Assembly: GCA_043228905.1 (NCBI GenBank)
Contig: JBHGNT010000013.1
Location: 6,076,001 to 6,140,000, forward strand
Direction: 5' to 3'
DNA length: 64,000 nt
Source: Azolla caroliniana
Taxonomy: Eukaryota; Plantae; Polypodiophyta
How positions within the stretch are numbered: the stretch's first letter is position 1; each line of letters opens with the position of its first letter. Under the pieces are notes generated by a model. That model was not told where the DNA came from, searched no databases, and saw only the letters and a list, made by a program, of their open reading frames with translations. Made by a program: the position numbers and the translations under genes. Below are positions 39,501 to 52,300 of this stretch, piece after piece.

Positions 39501-42500
39501 AGAGGAAGCCTCATTTAACGACACCATCGGCGAAATCGAGGAAGTCGTGGACTTGAGCTATCTTCACGATCAACACGTGATTTCGGTTAACTCCGTCAAC
39601 ATGTATGCTATCATCAAAGCATCTCGATGGAGGAAGTTGAAGTCAACACAAAATATAAAACGATGGATAGGAAGATCAAGCTAGTTGCAGTTCCGCTACC
39701 GGAAGATAGCTGACAAAAGATGAAGTTGCAAAAGATCCAAGCTTAAGGAATCCGAAGACAATAGGCCATGTCTTCACAGAAAAGACAAAAGGAAAGGTAC
39801 GAGTTGGAAGGGAGGATTTCCTCCTCCTTGAAGAGGAGCAAATGTTCCGCGGAATGCTTGAAAGACATGGGAAGGCTTTCACATTTTTCCCACAGGAAAT
39901 CGGATGTGCTAATCCGAGGACGGTAGAACCGATGGTGATCTTCACGGTGCCGCATGTGCCTTGGAATTTGAAGCTGATACCAGTTTCGAGAGCACACCTA
40001 CTGAAGTTGATTGAGCTCTTAAAGGAGAAGGTGAATATGGGAATTCTGGAACCGTCGAACACTCCTTATTCTAATCGATGGTTCACGGTGCCGAAGATAA
40101 ATGGATCAATGCGATTCATCCAAGATCTTCAACTCGTCAACAAGGTGACAATTTGGAATGTTGGAATCGGTCCAAGTGTGGATGAATTTGTCGAGGCGTT
40201 TGTGGGCCGGTCCATCTACTCCATTGGCGATCTCTACTCTGGATACGATCAATTCTAGTTTACGGTTGATAGTCGTGACATTACAACCATGAGGGGGCTT
40301 GTGCGGATGTGTACCTTACCTCAAGGTGCAACGAACTCGGTGGCTCATATGGTGAATGCCATGAACAAGGTCTTGAAGGATTGCATCCCAGGCACATGAT
40401 GCCATTCTTGGATGACATTCCGATAAAAGGATGTTCCGATGAGGAGAAGGATGAATTGAAAGATAAAGATGGATGCAGAAAGTTCGTCGTGGATCATATG
40501 AAAGATTGTGAGAAGGTGCTCCAAAGGCTCAAAGATGCAAATTTGACATTTTCGGGAGAAAAAACCGCATTCGGGCAACCAGAGATCTTGGTGGTAGGTC
40601 ACTTGTGTGGAGCATACGGTCAGAAGCCTTTGTCATCCAAGGTGAATGTGATCAAGGACATGAAAGAAGAATGCGTAACCCAAACATAGCTTCGAAATTT
40701 CCTTGGAGCATGCTCGTTTTATCATATTTGGATTCCACACTACGCCCACATTGCTGAGCCATTATACGTTCTACTAAAGAAGAAGCGGAGGCTCAAATGA
40801 ACGAGCGAGCATAATTTCGCCATCCGAAAGCTGAAGAAATTATTGATGGAGGCACCTACATTACGGAAGGCAGACTATTCAAACGACAAGCCCATTTTCG
40901 TGACCGTAGATACTAGTCCGACCGGAATTGGATGGGTTATCAACCAAGAAGACGAAGATTGCAACCGATATGCAATTCGGTTTGGCGCGAAAGTGTTAAG
41001 TGATAGGCAAAGAAGGTACGCCCAAGTGAAGATGGAGCTATGGGGAATCATATCGGCGATCAAGTTTGATCTTGACTACCTTATTGGAGAAGAAGTCATA
41101 ATCAAGACAGATTTCCTAACAATCTTGGGTATGATATCTGGTTGTAGTACACTAGATATTGTCATGCTACATTGGATTGCATATATCAAATCACTCAACC
41201 CGGAGATCCGTCATGTAGCAGGGAAGCGTAATGTCGTTGCAAACATGCTATCACGAGCAAGATACGACGGAGAAGAAGATCAACATTCTGATGAAGAGGA
41301 TGTTGGCTTGGATTTCTTTACAAGTTCCTACGCTCGGGTGCTGACTACTTTCATAGAAGAGGACTATGAAGGCGAATTCGTGGAGATTGGGGAATACTTG
41401 AGTTCTCTCCAAAAAGATGAATCATAGTCGACAAAAGACTTCCACCGAATTCGGAAGAAGGCGTACAAGTATTTCCTTAAGGATGGAGCTCTTTGGAGGC
41501 ATGCAAAAAAGAAGAATGGGACTCCGATGAGAGTTGTTTGCAAGCTGGAAGACCGACAAAAACTAATGTTCGAATTTCATGATAGTGTTTTTGCAAGCCA
41601 TCAAGGAATATGGGCTACGCTCGCGAAGCTTAAGGAGAAATATTAGTGGTCAGGCATATACAAAGATGTAGCAGTGTATGTGGAAACATGTAAGTAATGT
41701 CAGATGTTTTCGAATGTTCACCATCGAGATGAACTTTGTCTAACTTACCCGTTGGCTATGCATTACAAGTGGATGGTGGACATCGTAATGATGCCAATGG
41801 GGTGATGGCAGATGAAGTATCTTGTGCTCACGAGAGAGGATCTTACCAATCAAGTTGAAGGGAGACCATTGAGAACTAAGGAGACATCATCAATATGTAG
41901 ATTCCTTCTTGAAGATGTTATTTGCAGATATGGATGCATCGGCAAGATAGTGGTTGATAGAAGCGAGTTGGACGCTAATGAAGTTAGAGAATTCTTCTCT
42001 AGGATGGGAATCAAATTATCTCTTACCATGGCGTATAATCCGGAAGTGAATGGGAAAGTGGAACGTGGACATGGACCGATTGTGAAGGCTCTAGTGAAAG
42101 CTTGCCATGGGAAAATAGGAGAATGGCCACGTCTATTGCCATTTGCACTATGGGCTAACAGGACTACTCATAGCACGGTCACGGGATACATGCCGACAAA
42201 ACTCATATTCGGAGAGAAGCCGATAATGCTAAAGGAGCAAAGTATTGTTTCATGGTTTGCATTGCCATGGCAAGATGAGATAAGTAGAGAAGATCTTCTA
42301 ACATTAAGGATTCGACAGTTGGAGCAGAAGTTGGAAGATATAGAAGTGGCTAAAGCGTGGCTAAAGAATGCAAGCCTAAAGAACAAGAAAGACTTTGATA
42401 AACAACATCGACTTCGTCCGAGGAAAATCATTGAAGGAGATTGGGTGCTGGTCTACGACAATAGCCTAGACAACCAACATAGTACGGCTCAAAATTTTTC

Positions 42501-43249
42501 ACAACGATGGTTTGGACCATATGTGGTGAAGAAAGTGGAAGATAATGCAACATATCGTTTAGCAAAATTGGATGGAACTCGACTTGCTTTGCCAATTGCA
42601 GGAAAGAGAATTAAGATCTTTAAGAGAAGAGAGGCTCCAAATCTTGAAATCGAAGCTCTAAACGATGTAGCCTCGAGCATCGAGGTTGAAAAAGAGTAAT
42701 CAAAAGAGGAACCTCACCACAATTGGTGCATACCGGTGGATGTGCTGGTTTGGTGGGGGTGAATGTCGTGTGGTTTTTTACACATGATATGAAAAAAAAT
42801 AGTAAACTAATTATTTAAGTTTATCTTGATGGTTTGATATAGGAAGATGGAGGTATTCAAGAGCTTCCGAATGCATTTTATTACACATGAAACGGACAAC
42901 TAAATATCAAGTTATGTGAGTATAAAGCTTGAGAAGATTGGGAAACAAAACTATGAGATATCCCACATATAGGACAATATCGGATCCCACATTATATATG
43001 GAGAGCCAGAACCTATTCATTGTATCAATGTGTGGAGCCAGAATTTTCAAGGTGATTTGGCTAGACTGTGTGGATGAATGACTTGAATGGTTTTGGGTCG
43101 TGGCTAGATCGACCATGGTGCACGGGCGCGTGCATGGTTTGGAAGGACACGGTCTCGGATGTTTGTGACGCACGGCTTGGTGTGGCTCAATTGCAGGTTG
43201 GTCACGACGCACGGGTCGGGACATAAGTACGAATCATGCACGGGTTGAA
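36600..43249 (+). mobile_element. Ty3/gypsy element, Phygy-like, with degenerate gag-pol; 5' LTR remnant ends at 37000, 3' LTR starts at 42764 (truncated)
   Basis: LTR end ...TTTTCGCCACA; tRNA-Trp-type PBS; gag knuckle CVWCDTIEHSRREC; protease LIDHGS; RT FLDD; RNase H VDTS; integrase with WFGPY; PPT GGTGGGGG; left boundary approximate. Confidence 0.9.
37005..37022 (+). promoter_or_regulatory. Primer binding site complementary to tRNA-Trp 3' end
   Basis: TTGTGAACCCGACGTGAA vs TGGTGAACCCGACGTGAA as I recall the plant tRNA-Trp complement (1 mismatch), 4 nt after the LTR. Confidence 0.75.
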
Positions 43250-44373
43250 CTATGAAGCCATTTGTCTGAAGAGAATATTGAAGGATCTAGGCATTCCCAT
43301 CAAGGATCCGATTCCCCTTTCCTACGACAACATGAGCAGTATTCATCTGGCTCGGAACCCGATGTTCCACGTGCACGCGAAGCATATAGAAGTGCACTAT
43401 CACTTCATCCGAGAACGCGTTCAAGCTAGAGATGTTGACCTTCAACCCGTGCATGATTCGTACTTACATCCCGACCGATCTGACCCATGCGTCGTGACCA
43501 ACCTGCGATTGAGCCACACCAAGCTGTGAAGCATATAGAAGTGCACTATCACTTCATCTGAGAACGCCTTCAGGCTAGAGATGTTGACCTTCAACACATT
43601 AGTACGAATCTTCAAACAACCGACATCTTCAACAAAGCCCTAGGAGAGACAATCTTCGACAATTCATGTCAGACCTTGGACTAACGATCCCTGACTTGCA
43701 AAGCTTGAGGGGGAGTAAAAGAGAGAACCGGATACTAGTCAAAGCAGACATGAACCGAAAGAAGCCGACCAAAGTTGAGCTCCAAGGGGCGTGTTGAGGA
43801 ACCAGATACCGTCCGAACCGAATACCAACCGAAGTGGTCAACTGAAAGAAGCCGACCAAAGGTGAGCTCGAGGGGGCGTGTTGAGAATCAAGTTCAACCT
43901 AGTCTAGTGTGTGAACACACCTTTTGAGAATCTATGAGCACCCAAAGGTCAAAAGTCACTACTACTTTCTACACATTAACTATGTGTCATAGAATCATAT
44001 TCTATGACATATAACTAATGAGTTCTATATTCCCCATAAACTAATGATTCTCCACATTCCCCAAGGTTCTAGAGAGAGAGTGGGCGTTTTAGTGAGAGAG
44101 TGTAGAGAGAGGGCGACCTTATATAAAGCACCCTCCTACTTTGTAATGTGTTGGTTAATCTCCTTTGTAATATACATATTGTTGTAGTTGTTCTCCACTT
44201 CCTAATACATACATCCATCTTAAGTATTTCTATTTTCCTATCTATCTTGTGTCTCTCCTCTCTCCTCTTTCACACACACATAACATACATCTCTAATTTA
44301 TTCTGTTGCATAGAATTGCACTCGATTCTTTACACTCCTCAAGTGAATTCTTTGAACAAATATAAATTTTACA
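43250..44373 (+). mobile_element. Ty1/copia 3' fragment: RNase H end, PPT, 3' LTR (43879-~44373)
   Basis: DNMSSIHLARNPMFH..KHIEVHYHFIRE; DIFNKALG; GAGGGGGCG|TGTTGAG; TATA CTTATATAAAG; ends ...TTTTACA. Confidence 0.8.
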
Positions 44374-44795
44374 TGTTATGGAACACAAATCTTTAAGGTC
44401 CTAAATGGGTGTGTATAAATATGATTGGAATGACACAACTTTGCTTTAAGCTTGATTGGGAGACTTATGCATGTCATTATTTTAATCATGATCAACTGAG
44501 GAAATTTCTAATTGAATGCCAATATAAGGTCATTACACAATCATATTGGAGGAGAGGGAAATGAAGCAAAAGAGTGTCATATTGTACATTTAGTTGTCAT
44601 ATATGGTCATGGGTGAAGTTACATCTAGTGGGATGGATAAGGAAGCTAAGAAATCGCATATTAATGTACATGTAAAAGTTGGAGTCAATAAAGAATGGGG
44701 AAGAAGTGAAAAACCCCCATGGAGGAAAATTCTCCCCATGAAGAAACCTCTCGTTCTAATCTCTCTACACTCACAAAGTTTCTCAAGCTCTCTTC

Positions 44796-45364
44796 TGTTG
44801 GGAATTTGTCCCTCTAGTGGGAGGAAGATCCAACTGTTTGGAAAGGCCGACAGTCGAAAAACAGGAGCCGAGTTGATGAGGGACAGTCGAGGCCGAAACC
44901 AGAATCATGTATATAGCCAACTCGGGAGACTATATATTGTAAATAGTCTGAATGAGCGCCCCATGAGGGCTAGGTATGTAAATAGCCAGAAACTTGCGTA
45001 AGTATATATGTAACTAGGGCAAACTTCAAGTGAACATGATGATGAATAGAAGATAATGGGTGTAGGAACAAAAGAAGTGGAAAAACACAAGAGAGCGTGA
45101 GAGAGAGAAGCGTGAGCCGTGCCATAGCTGTCTGAGTACCAATAGACGTGAAGAGCCTTGCGTGGCTGGTCCACTCGAGAGAGTGTTATAACATTCGGTA
45201 TTGTATATCCACTGTACTTAGTGAAGCTCTGTTCCCGTGGTTTTCCCCGTTTTAGGGTTTCCACGTAAATCTCTATGCACCATTGTTAAACTTGTCTTTC
45301 TCGCATCCTGGTGTGATTCGTATTATCAGCATTGTTTGTTCATTGTGATTTAAATTCCTCAACA
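44796..45364 (+). mobile_element. Solo LTR related to 30040-30616
   Basis: TGTTGGGAA...CCTCAACA; shares TTGTAAATAGTCT, AACTAGGGCAAACTT and GGTTTCCACGT blocks; TSD degenerate. Confidence 0.75.
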
Positions 45365-46073
45365 ATTTCTCTACATCTTCAACCTCGTACCTTACATCAA
45401 TTAGTTTTTTTACAACTCCATCCATCCAACACATGTTTCTTCATCCACACATAAACTATCATCCAATAAAAAAATAACGCAAACGTATTTCTCAAAATGA
45501 CTTCCCCTTAACCTTCCCCACAACCATCGACTTTCTACTCTCCTCTTTAATGTACCTCCATTAGTGCCTACACCTCTTGGATGGTTTACACCGTCACATT
45601 TCTCTCCTTCTATATAATTCTCACACTAATTCGACCTATGACAAAAACCAATAACGAACCTATTGGGAAATGACGACCCAATATTTGAAGATAGTATAAA
45701 TACCCTTTTGTCGTTAGTGGAATTAAATATGCCAATCTCTGGTTTAGACAAAAACCCACTAAATACTTATTCAAACTATTTGATTTAGCATGGCAGAATT
45801 ATGAGTAAACTATAATAGATGTGTAAAGGAAAGGAGAGCCGATGTATTTGTTATGTTAGTGGAGGGAGAGGCTATAAACCCTTGTCCATACACTCGCAAC
45901 CTTCTAGATATATACAGAGAGGGCGAATGAAACTATTAGTGACAAGGGCATGCGAAGTTGTCCACATCGACGAGTGATAAGCGTTTAACAACTAAAATCT
46001 TCGATGACGGACGAAAGTTGTCCGCATCCACAACACGTAACGAGCGAGCATATGGTGTTGGTGAAAGAGTAGG

Positions 46074-46104
<31 letters not shown>

Positions 46105-46313
46105 GCCACGATTCGATTCGCTTTGATCTTAGGACCTCTTAAGTCTACACCATGTGATTGTGCACAAGCTTTGGAGAGTCGGACTTGAACCCGCGACCTT
46201 TGTTTGCCTTGCATCACAATTATGCAGTGGGATGAGATAGAGATATTTTTTTTCTGTTGTTCCATGTCATTCATTAGGAGGCAGGGAAGGAGGAGGAGGA
46301 GGAGGAGGAGGAT

Positions 46314-49300
46314 ATGCAGTCCCTTCCACTGAAACCAGTCATAACCTCGAATCAGGGTGCAAGAGACGAATGGTGAGAGATAGAGTTACAGATGGATTAA
46401 TGTTATTTGTTTGCTTCGAATTCAAGTTTTCTTTTTCTGGTTTTTAGTTTTGTGACAGCTCGGAGGAATCAACCGCATGTTCTTATCTCATTCGAAGAGA
46501 TATTTTATGGCAGAAGTAGAAGAAAAGGAAGTGGAATCATCAGCTCATGTCTCGTCAACATGGATATGGAGAATCCAACGGGAAAAAAAGATGAGACAGA
46601 GCCTCTTTTAAAAATAAAGAAATTCAAACATTACCCCATTCGGAAAAGGACATCAAGGAAGAGAGGTCAGAGAGAAGAGGAACCCTGACACATGCTTTAG
46701 ATAGATTGAGTTTGTTATCTTCGGAGGTCAAACACTTACAGATGTAGCCAATGTGGTTAGGTTGCCTCACAGAGGCCAGAAGGTCATGGGTTCATCTCCT
46801 ACATTCTGCAATGTCATCTAGTAAATTAATGAAATTTTGAACCCAGATATGGAACAAAAAGAGCCCATTCTTTCACGTTCAAATGAAATATGTCAGGGAA
46901 AAAGATTGTTAAAAGATTGAATGATAGGCTGATGAATCTCATACCTTCAACAATTTCATGTCCATGCCTAATAGGGGCAAGGCGTCCTATGACACTGATC
47001 GCACACACTTACACTCATTCAAAATAGAAAATGGGGCTGACTGAATATTGAGCTGAAAAAGAGAATGTGTGACGTATGCTGTCCAATGTACTAGAAACAG
47101 AAGGGCATGTGACTTTGGAATGCCTCACACTTGGGATCATTAGAGATCGTTTTCAGGAATTCCTGCAAGGTTGTACTAACTTTCAAGAACTCCAAACGAG
47201 GATGGGACCATCCCCAGCACTAGGCATACTTTTTTCTCCTATACTAGACCAGAAAGCCAAATTGAGTGAAGACCAAAACAATGAGATTTGGGCACAGGGA
47301 GAGAGAGGGATGCTTCTATGAGAACAATGAAAGAAATGATATGAGTATGACTTAGTACACTTCTTAGATGTGTGTAGTTAGATGTTCATGAGAGTTAACC
47401 GAAGAGAGAAATTGAGAGAGAATATATCTAATTATAGGTGGTGCAAGGAAAGGTAAAGGTTGGATTCAGGGCAGTGATCTTGTGGACAATAGTGTGCCGC
47501 TGGTTTTAAGTCCAAGAGCATTCGCCCTTCTAAGGTTGGTAAGACGAGAATCTGATGCAGATGCAATTTGGAGCATATTGGACATGAGTGCTCCTAGTCA
47601 TGATACATGGGATGACATTATAAATGTAATTGTGCAACTAAAACGTGATCATGATTGGGGAAGATCAATAATGGTAATTTGATTCCTTAAATTTACTTTT
47701 GTGGTTAATATGCTTGTGTTATTATGTGATGCATTGATGTTCCAGGTACAATCTTGAGACATTCAGATACAATGTTTGAAATGAGTGCTAAATAGCACAA
47801 ATACTTGATTTTATTAATGAAATAAGATTTGAATACACAAATGAAAGAAGTAGAATCTTGTGACCTCCAATTTTTAGTATTAAGCAAATCACGAGGCATA
47901 TATAAAGTACTTCTGTGAAATATCCTCAACAGCTCAAAATAACAAAGATTTATAAAGCTCGAATGCACATGACATATAGTTGAATATAAAGTAGTCCAAG
48001 TAATGCCCAAAAATCATAAACATGGTACATAACACAGAGGCTAGAGTGTGGAGATACAAACATATTGATTCCTTCAATGAGACACTCATATAAGCACTTT
48101 GTTTATGTTTGTGTGTAGGAGGGGAGGGGGGGATAACAGCAAATGAATTAGTAACTTATTCAACATGTATGCTGCATTTAAGACAACCCATTCCTAGAAA
48201 GAAAGCTCACTAGCTTCAACTTGTAGGTGTATTTTTGGCCTTAGTTTCTATTACATATAATTGGTTATTAACCATTTGTTTACAACTGATTTACATTGAA
48301 TACAGATGTGTGAGTGGATACTTAAAAGCACCAAATTTCACCCCGATATTTTGTGCTTTAATATTCTTATGGACGCATATGGAAGGAGCAATCAATTCCT
48401 CGAGACAGAGAGAATTTTCCAACTTATGCGAAACTGTAGATGTCTTCCTAATGAAGATACTTTCAATGTGCTTATACGCGCATATGGTAATGCTGGATTG
48501 ACGCATAAAGCAGAGAGCGTTTTCTTTCTAATGCAAAGGCTTGGCTATGAACCTGGTAACTTATGCATCATGCTATTCTTGTAATTAGGCTGTTTGGCTT
48601 GGAGCATATGCTACCTCCTTTTACATTTTTATTATTGCTTGCATTCTAATTTTAAAGCTAAATTGTGTTTTCTTCTAAATCCTGGTATCATATGATACAG
48701 GAAAAAATTTCTGTTGACTGAAAAACGATTTAAAAATTTCACTGTTAAAATGTTTGTGATGATTTCATGCATACATTTGAGACTCAATGATCACATAAAA
48801 ACATGAGCTGTGCAAAAATTTCTGTGGATGTGTAAGTTTATTATAACTGTCATTCATAGGACCTCATGCATTGTATATAGTATCATCACTTATTTTATAT
48901 GGGAATTAAAATTAGTGGAGAAGTATGTTATTTAAGGGATGAGAATGGGGGCTTGTGTACTTAATTGGCGCTATAGGTGAAATTTGAAAAAGGGATTTAT
49001 AGCTCAATTTTGATTAGAATTTACAGAAAAGTATCATGAAGTTCTCATTCATCCCTTGATAATGGCTGAGATGCTGTGCTATAAGCATGAACTTTGTATG
49101 GATTCAAGTCATTCCAAAAAACCTTCTCAATTACATAATGAACATCCCTAAAAGTAACCTAGCTTTACAGTATCATGCTCATTGATGGACATATTTTGTG
49201 ATTTATAGGAATAGCAACCTTCAATACACTCCTAGAATTTTTGGGGAGGGCTGGAGAAGTTGCAAAGGCAGAGCAATTCTTCCAACGTATAGCTAAATCA

Positions 49301-52300
49301 AAGTTACGACCAACTGCAAATACCTTTACACAAATGATCAACATCTATGGAAAGGTATAGTGATCCAATAATTTTTTATGTGATCGTGTTTGGTATACCT
49401 ACGTGGCTTAGATTCTGTTGTGTCAACCTTAACCACCTATTTTTGGAGCATGCGTCGAAAACCTGGTGCAGTTTTATGATTAGGAAGCACATTCACAAAG
49501 ACATCATATACTGTCGTTTTACTACATTTATTGAAGATATAAGGACAGCTAAAGTTCTTGTAATTGTTTGATGAATTATTAAATATATATGCCTAAACTA
49601 TCATATTAAACTTGTAGGATTTTTTTCGTTCGATTTGGGCAATTGAGTTAAGCATGATTGGTGGTGTTTTTGTGCATAATTCAGTGATGCTTGTAACTAC
49701 GGAACATGTACGAGTATTTGTCACGACCTAGTTGTGAGCTTTACCTTCGAAGAAGAGATGTGTCATGAAGAAGAAGACGATGGTGATGATTATTAATGAA
49801 ATGCATGGTGTGATGTGTGATAAGGCTTGTCCTCTCAACCATGACATGCCCTTATAGTAGCCCCTATGTCTAAGGGTTACTATGCGTGTCCACCCCTTTT
49901 CCCTCACAACGTAAGGTTATGTGTCAACACCCACCCGAGAACATCTTAGAATGGCCTGATGATATTTTTGGTCATAGCTTAGCATCCCCCTTGAAGGATC
50001 TGCCATTGTTTTCAATGGACAAGTTTGGAAATGCCTTTCGAAGTTTACTCCCAAATTCCCAAGTAGCACAAGCAGCCTCCCGTAAGGAGAACCTAGGCCC
50101 TGTAAATGTTACTCCTAGGTATGTGTATGAGCGTGTGTATTCCACCTTTTCCTCTCCCATGAAGAATTCCAGTTCTGATCTTATTACGCATGCTTGAATG
50201 GTGTTAAACACCATCACTTTAATTTTATTCATGTTTATTGACAAACCTTTGTCCGTACAAAATAGTTTAAAGATATTTAATGTCGTTTTAGTCCCTCAGG
50301 AGAGTCAGAAATCAGCACAATATATGGTAATATTTTATAGATATACCTGCTAGGCATGCTTCTGAACCCCTGAATCTCTCTATGTACTGTGACACCTCAT
50401 CTATATAGAGACCAAAGAGAGGGTGATAATGGGCATCCTTGCTTCACTCCGATTGTGCTAGCCACCGCCTCTGACAAACCTTTGTCCGTACAAAATAGTT
50501 TAAAGATATTTAGATGTCTTTGTAGTCCCTCAGGAGAGTCAGAAATCAGCACAATATCATTGGCATATGGTAATATTTTATAGATATACCTGCTAGGCAT
50601 GCTTCTGAACCCCTGAATCTCTCTATGTACTGTGATACCTCATCTATATAGAAACCAAAGAGAGTGGGTGATAATGGGCATCCTTGCTTCACCCCGATTG
50701 TGCTAGCCACCGCCTCTGACAAACCCTTGGAAGATCCCACGTTTCTTGACACGGATTCATAGAGTGCATAGATTCCCCATTGCATATCTGTAGGAACACC
50801 AAGGGCTTCTAGCCATTGCATAAGCTGAACACATGGCAGTGTCAAAGGCTTTTCAGAAATCCACAAAGCAGCAATAAATCCTCTTATTATGGGCTCTGCC
50901 CTCCTCGATAAGGGCTCGGAGGGTCAATATGTGATCCAAAGTTGTGAACCCCTTCTGAAAGCCTGCCTGTCCAGCTGAACGGCAGCCATTCTGCTCTGCC
51001 CATGTACTCAATTCTGATTCTAGAATTGAGCCATATAGTTTAGCCAAGTAATGGCCAATCATGATTGTCCTATAGTTCTTTGGTGTCATGGGGCACTCTT
51101 GAGAATTGGCACAATGCTATGCTGAGTCCATCTAGTAGGGAAGCCTTCACACATGGCTCTATTAAAGATGTGTGCTAGCAATGGGAGCAAGGTGTCAAGG
51201 GCATAGATAAAGTGCTCACCAACCAATCCATCATGATCTGAGCCTCCCTAATTTTAACCGATCAATGGCATTTCTTACATTTTGTGTAGTTAAAAAGGTG
51301 GATTCATGTGGGTGCGAGCCATGTGGGTGGGGAAGAGGAGGTTGCCCCGGGATATCATATAGGACCTTTGCATATTCATGCCACACTTGAGATGAGGTCA
51401 CTTGTGTGGTGGGTTGCCTCTCATTAAACATTTTCCATGCTCTTTTACTTTCCTGTCTTAGAAACAAGCGATACAAATGATCTTCAAATTTAGCTAAATA
51501 CAATCTCTTCTTCTTCTTTATGAGGCGTTGGAAGGTTGCTCTCCCTTGTGTGTGTGTAAATGCCCCGAGTTACTTCACACTGCAAGCATCTCCTTGTATC
51601 ACGACATTCCTCATCATACCAACTATTTTGTATTACTCTACCAAGTTTGGGGGGATTTGAGGAAAGGCATTTGTGGTTGCTTTATGCAAGGATTTTGACA
51701 ATCCTTGGGTAACTTCATCAAGGGGTGTGAAAGGATCCAAATCTAACATGCAGTGTATACTCCACAACTATTCACATCAATTGTCTCGTGAGTAAATCGG
51801 TACTTAGCCAGCCCACTCTCCTTAGCATATACATCCCCTGTGCATTCATCCTTTACCTTGAAGCGTAGATAGGCATGATCTGCTGCCAAGCCAATAGGTC
51901 TACCAGATATAGTGAACTCTTTTATGTCAGGTATACGAGAGAGAAATAAAGGGGTCACATCCCGACTGTCTGAAAAACTGAGAGAAAAAGAAAAAAAAGT
52001 AAAAAGTAAACAAATAATCAATAACCCGTTTAGGTTTCAGTTTGGTTCGGCTTAACCAGTTCATAGTTTGGTTCAAGTTTGAACTCCCCCACGCCAGTTA
52101 AGCCTTGACCTGTTTGGCTTGGACAATGCCAAACTGGTTAAGCGGAAACCGAACCATTGCAGATTCCTTGTGAAGATATATAATGAGCATTCAAGTCCGG
52201 TTATAGTTTCAAGCTAGTTAAAATACACTTTTTCCTTTATTGTGCTCATGTGCCATTTTCTTGTCATCATAATATGACTGCATTCAAGTCCGAATATGGT

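Noticed and set aside
47076-47321. 81-aa ORF as an extra PPR exon
   Set aside because: Exons 2 and 3 join in frame without it and it has no PPR similarity
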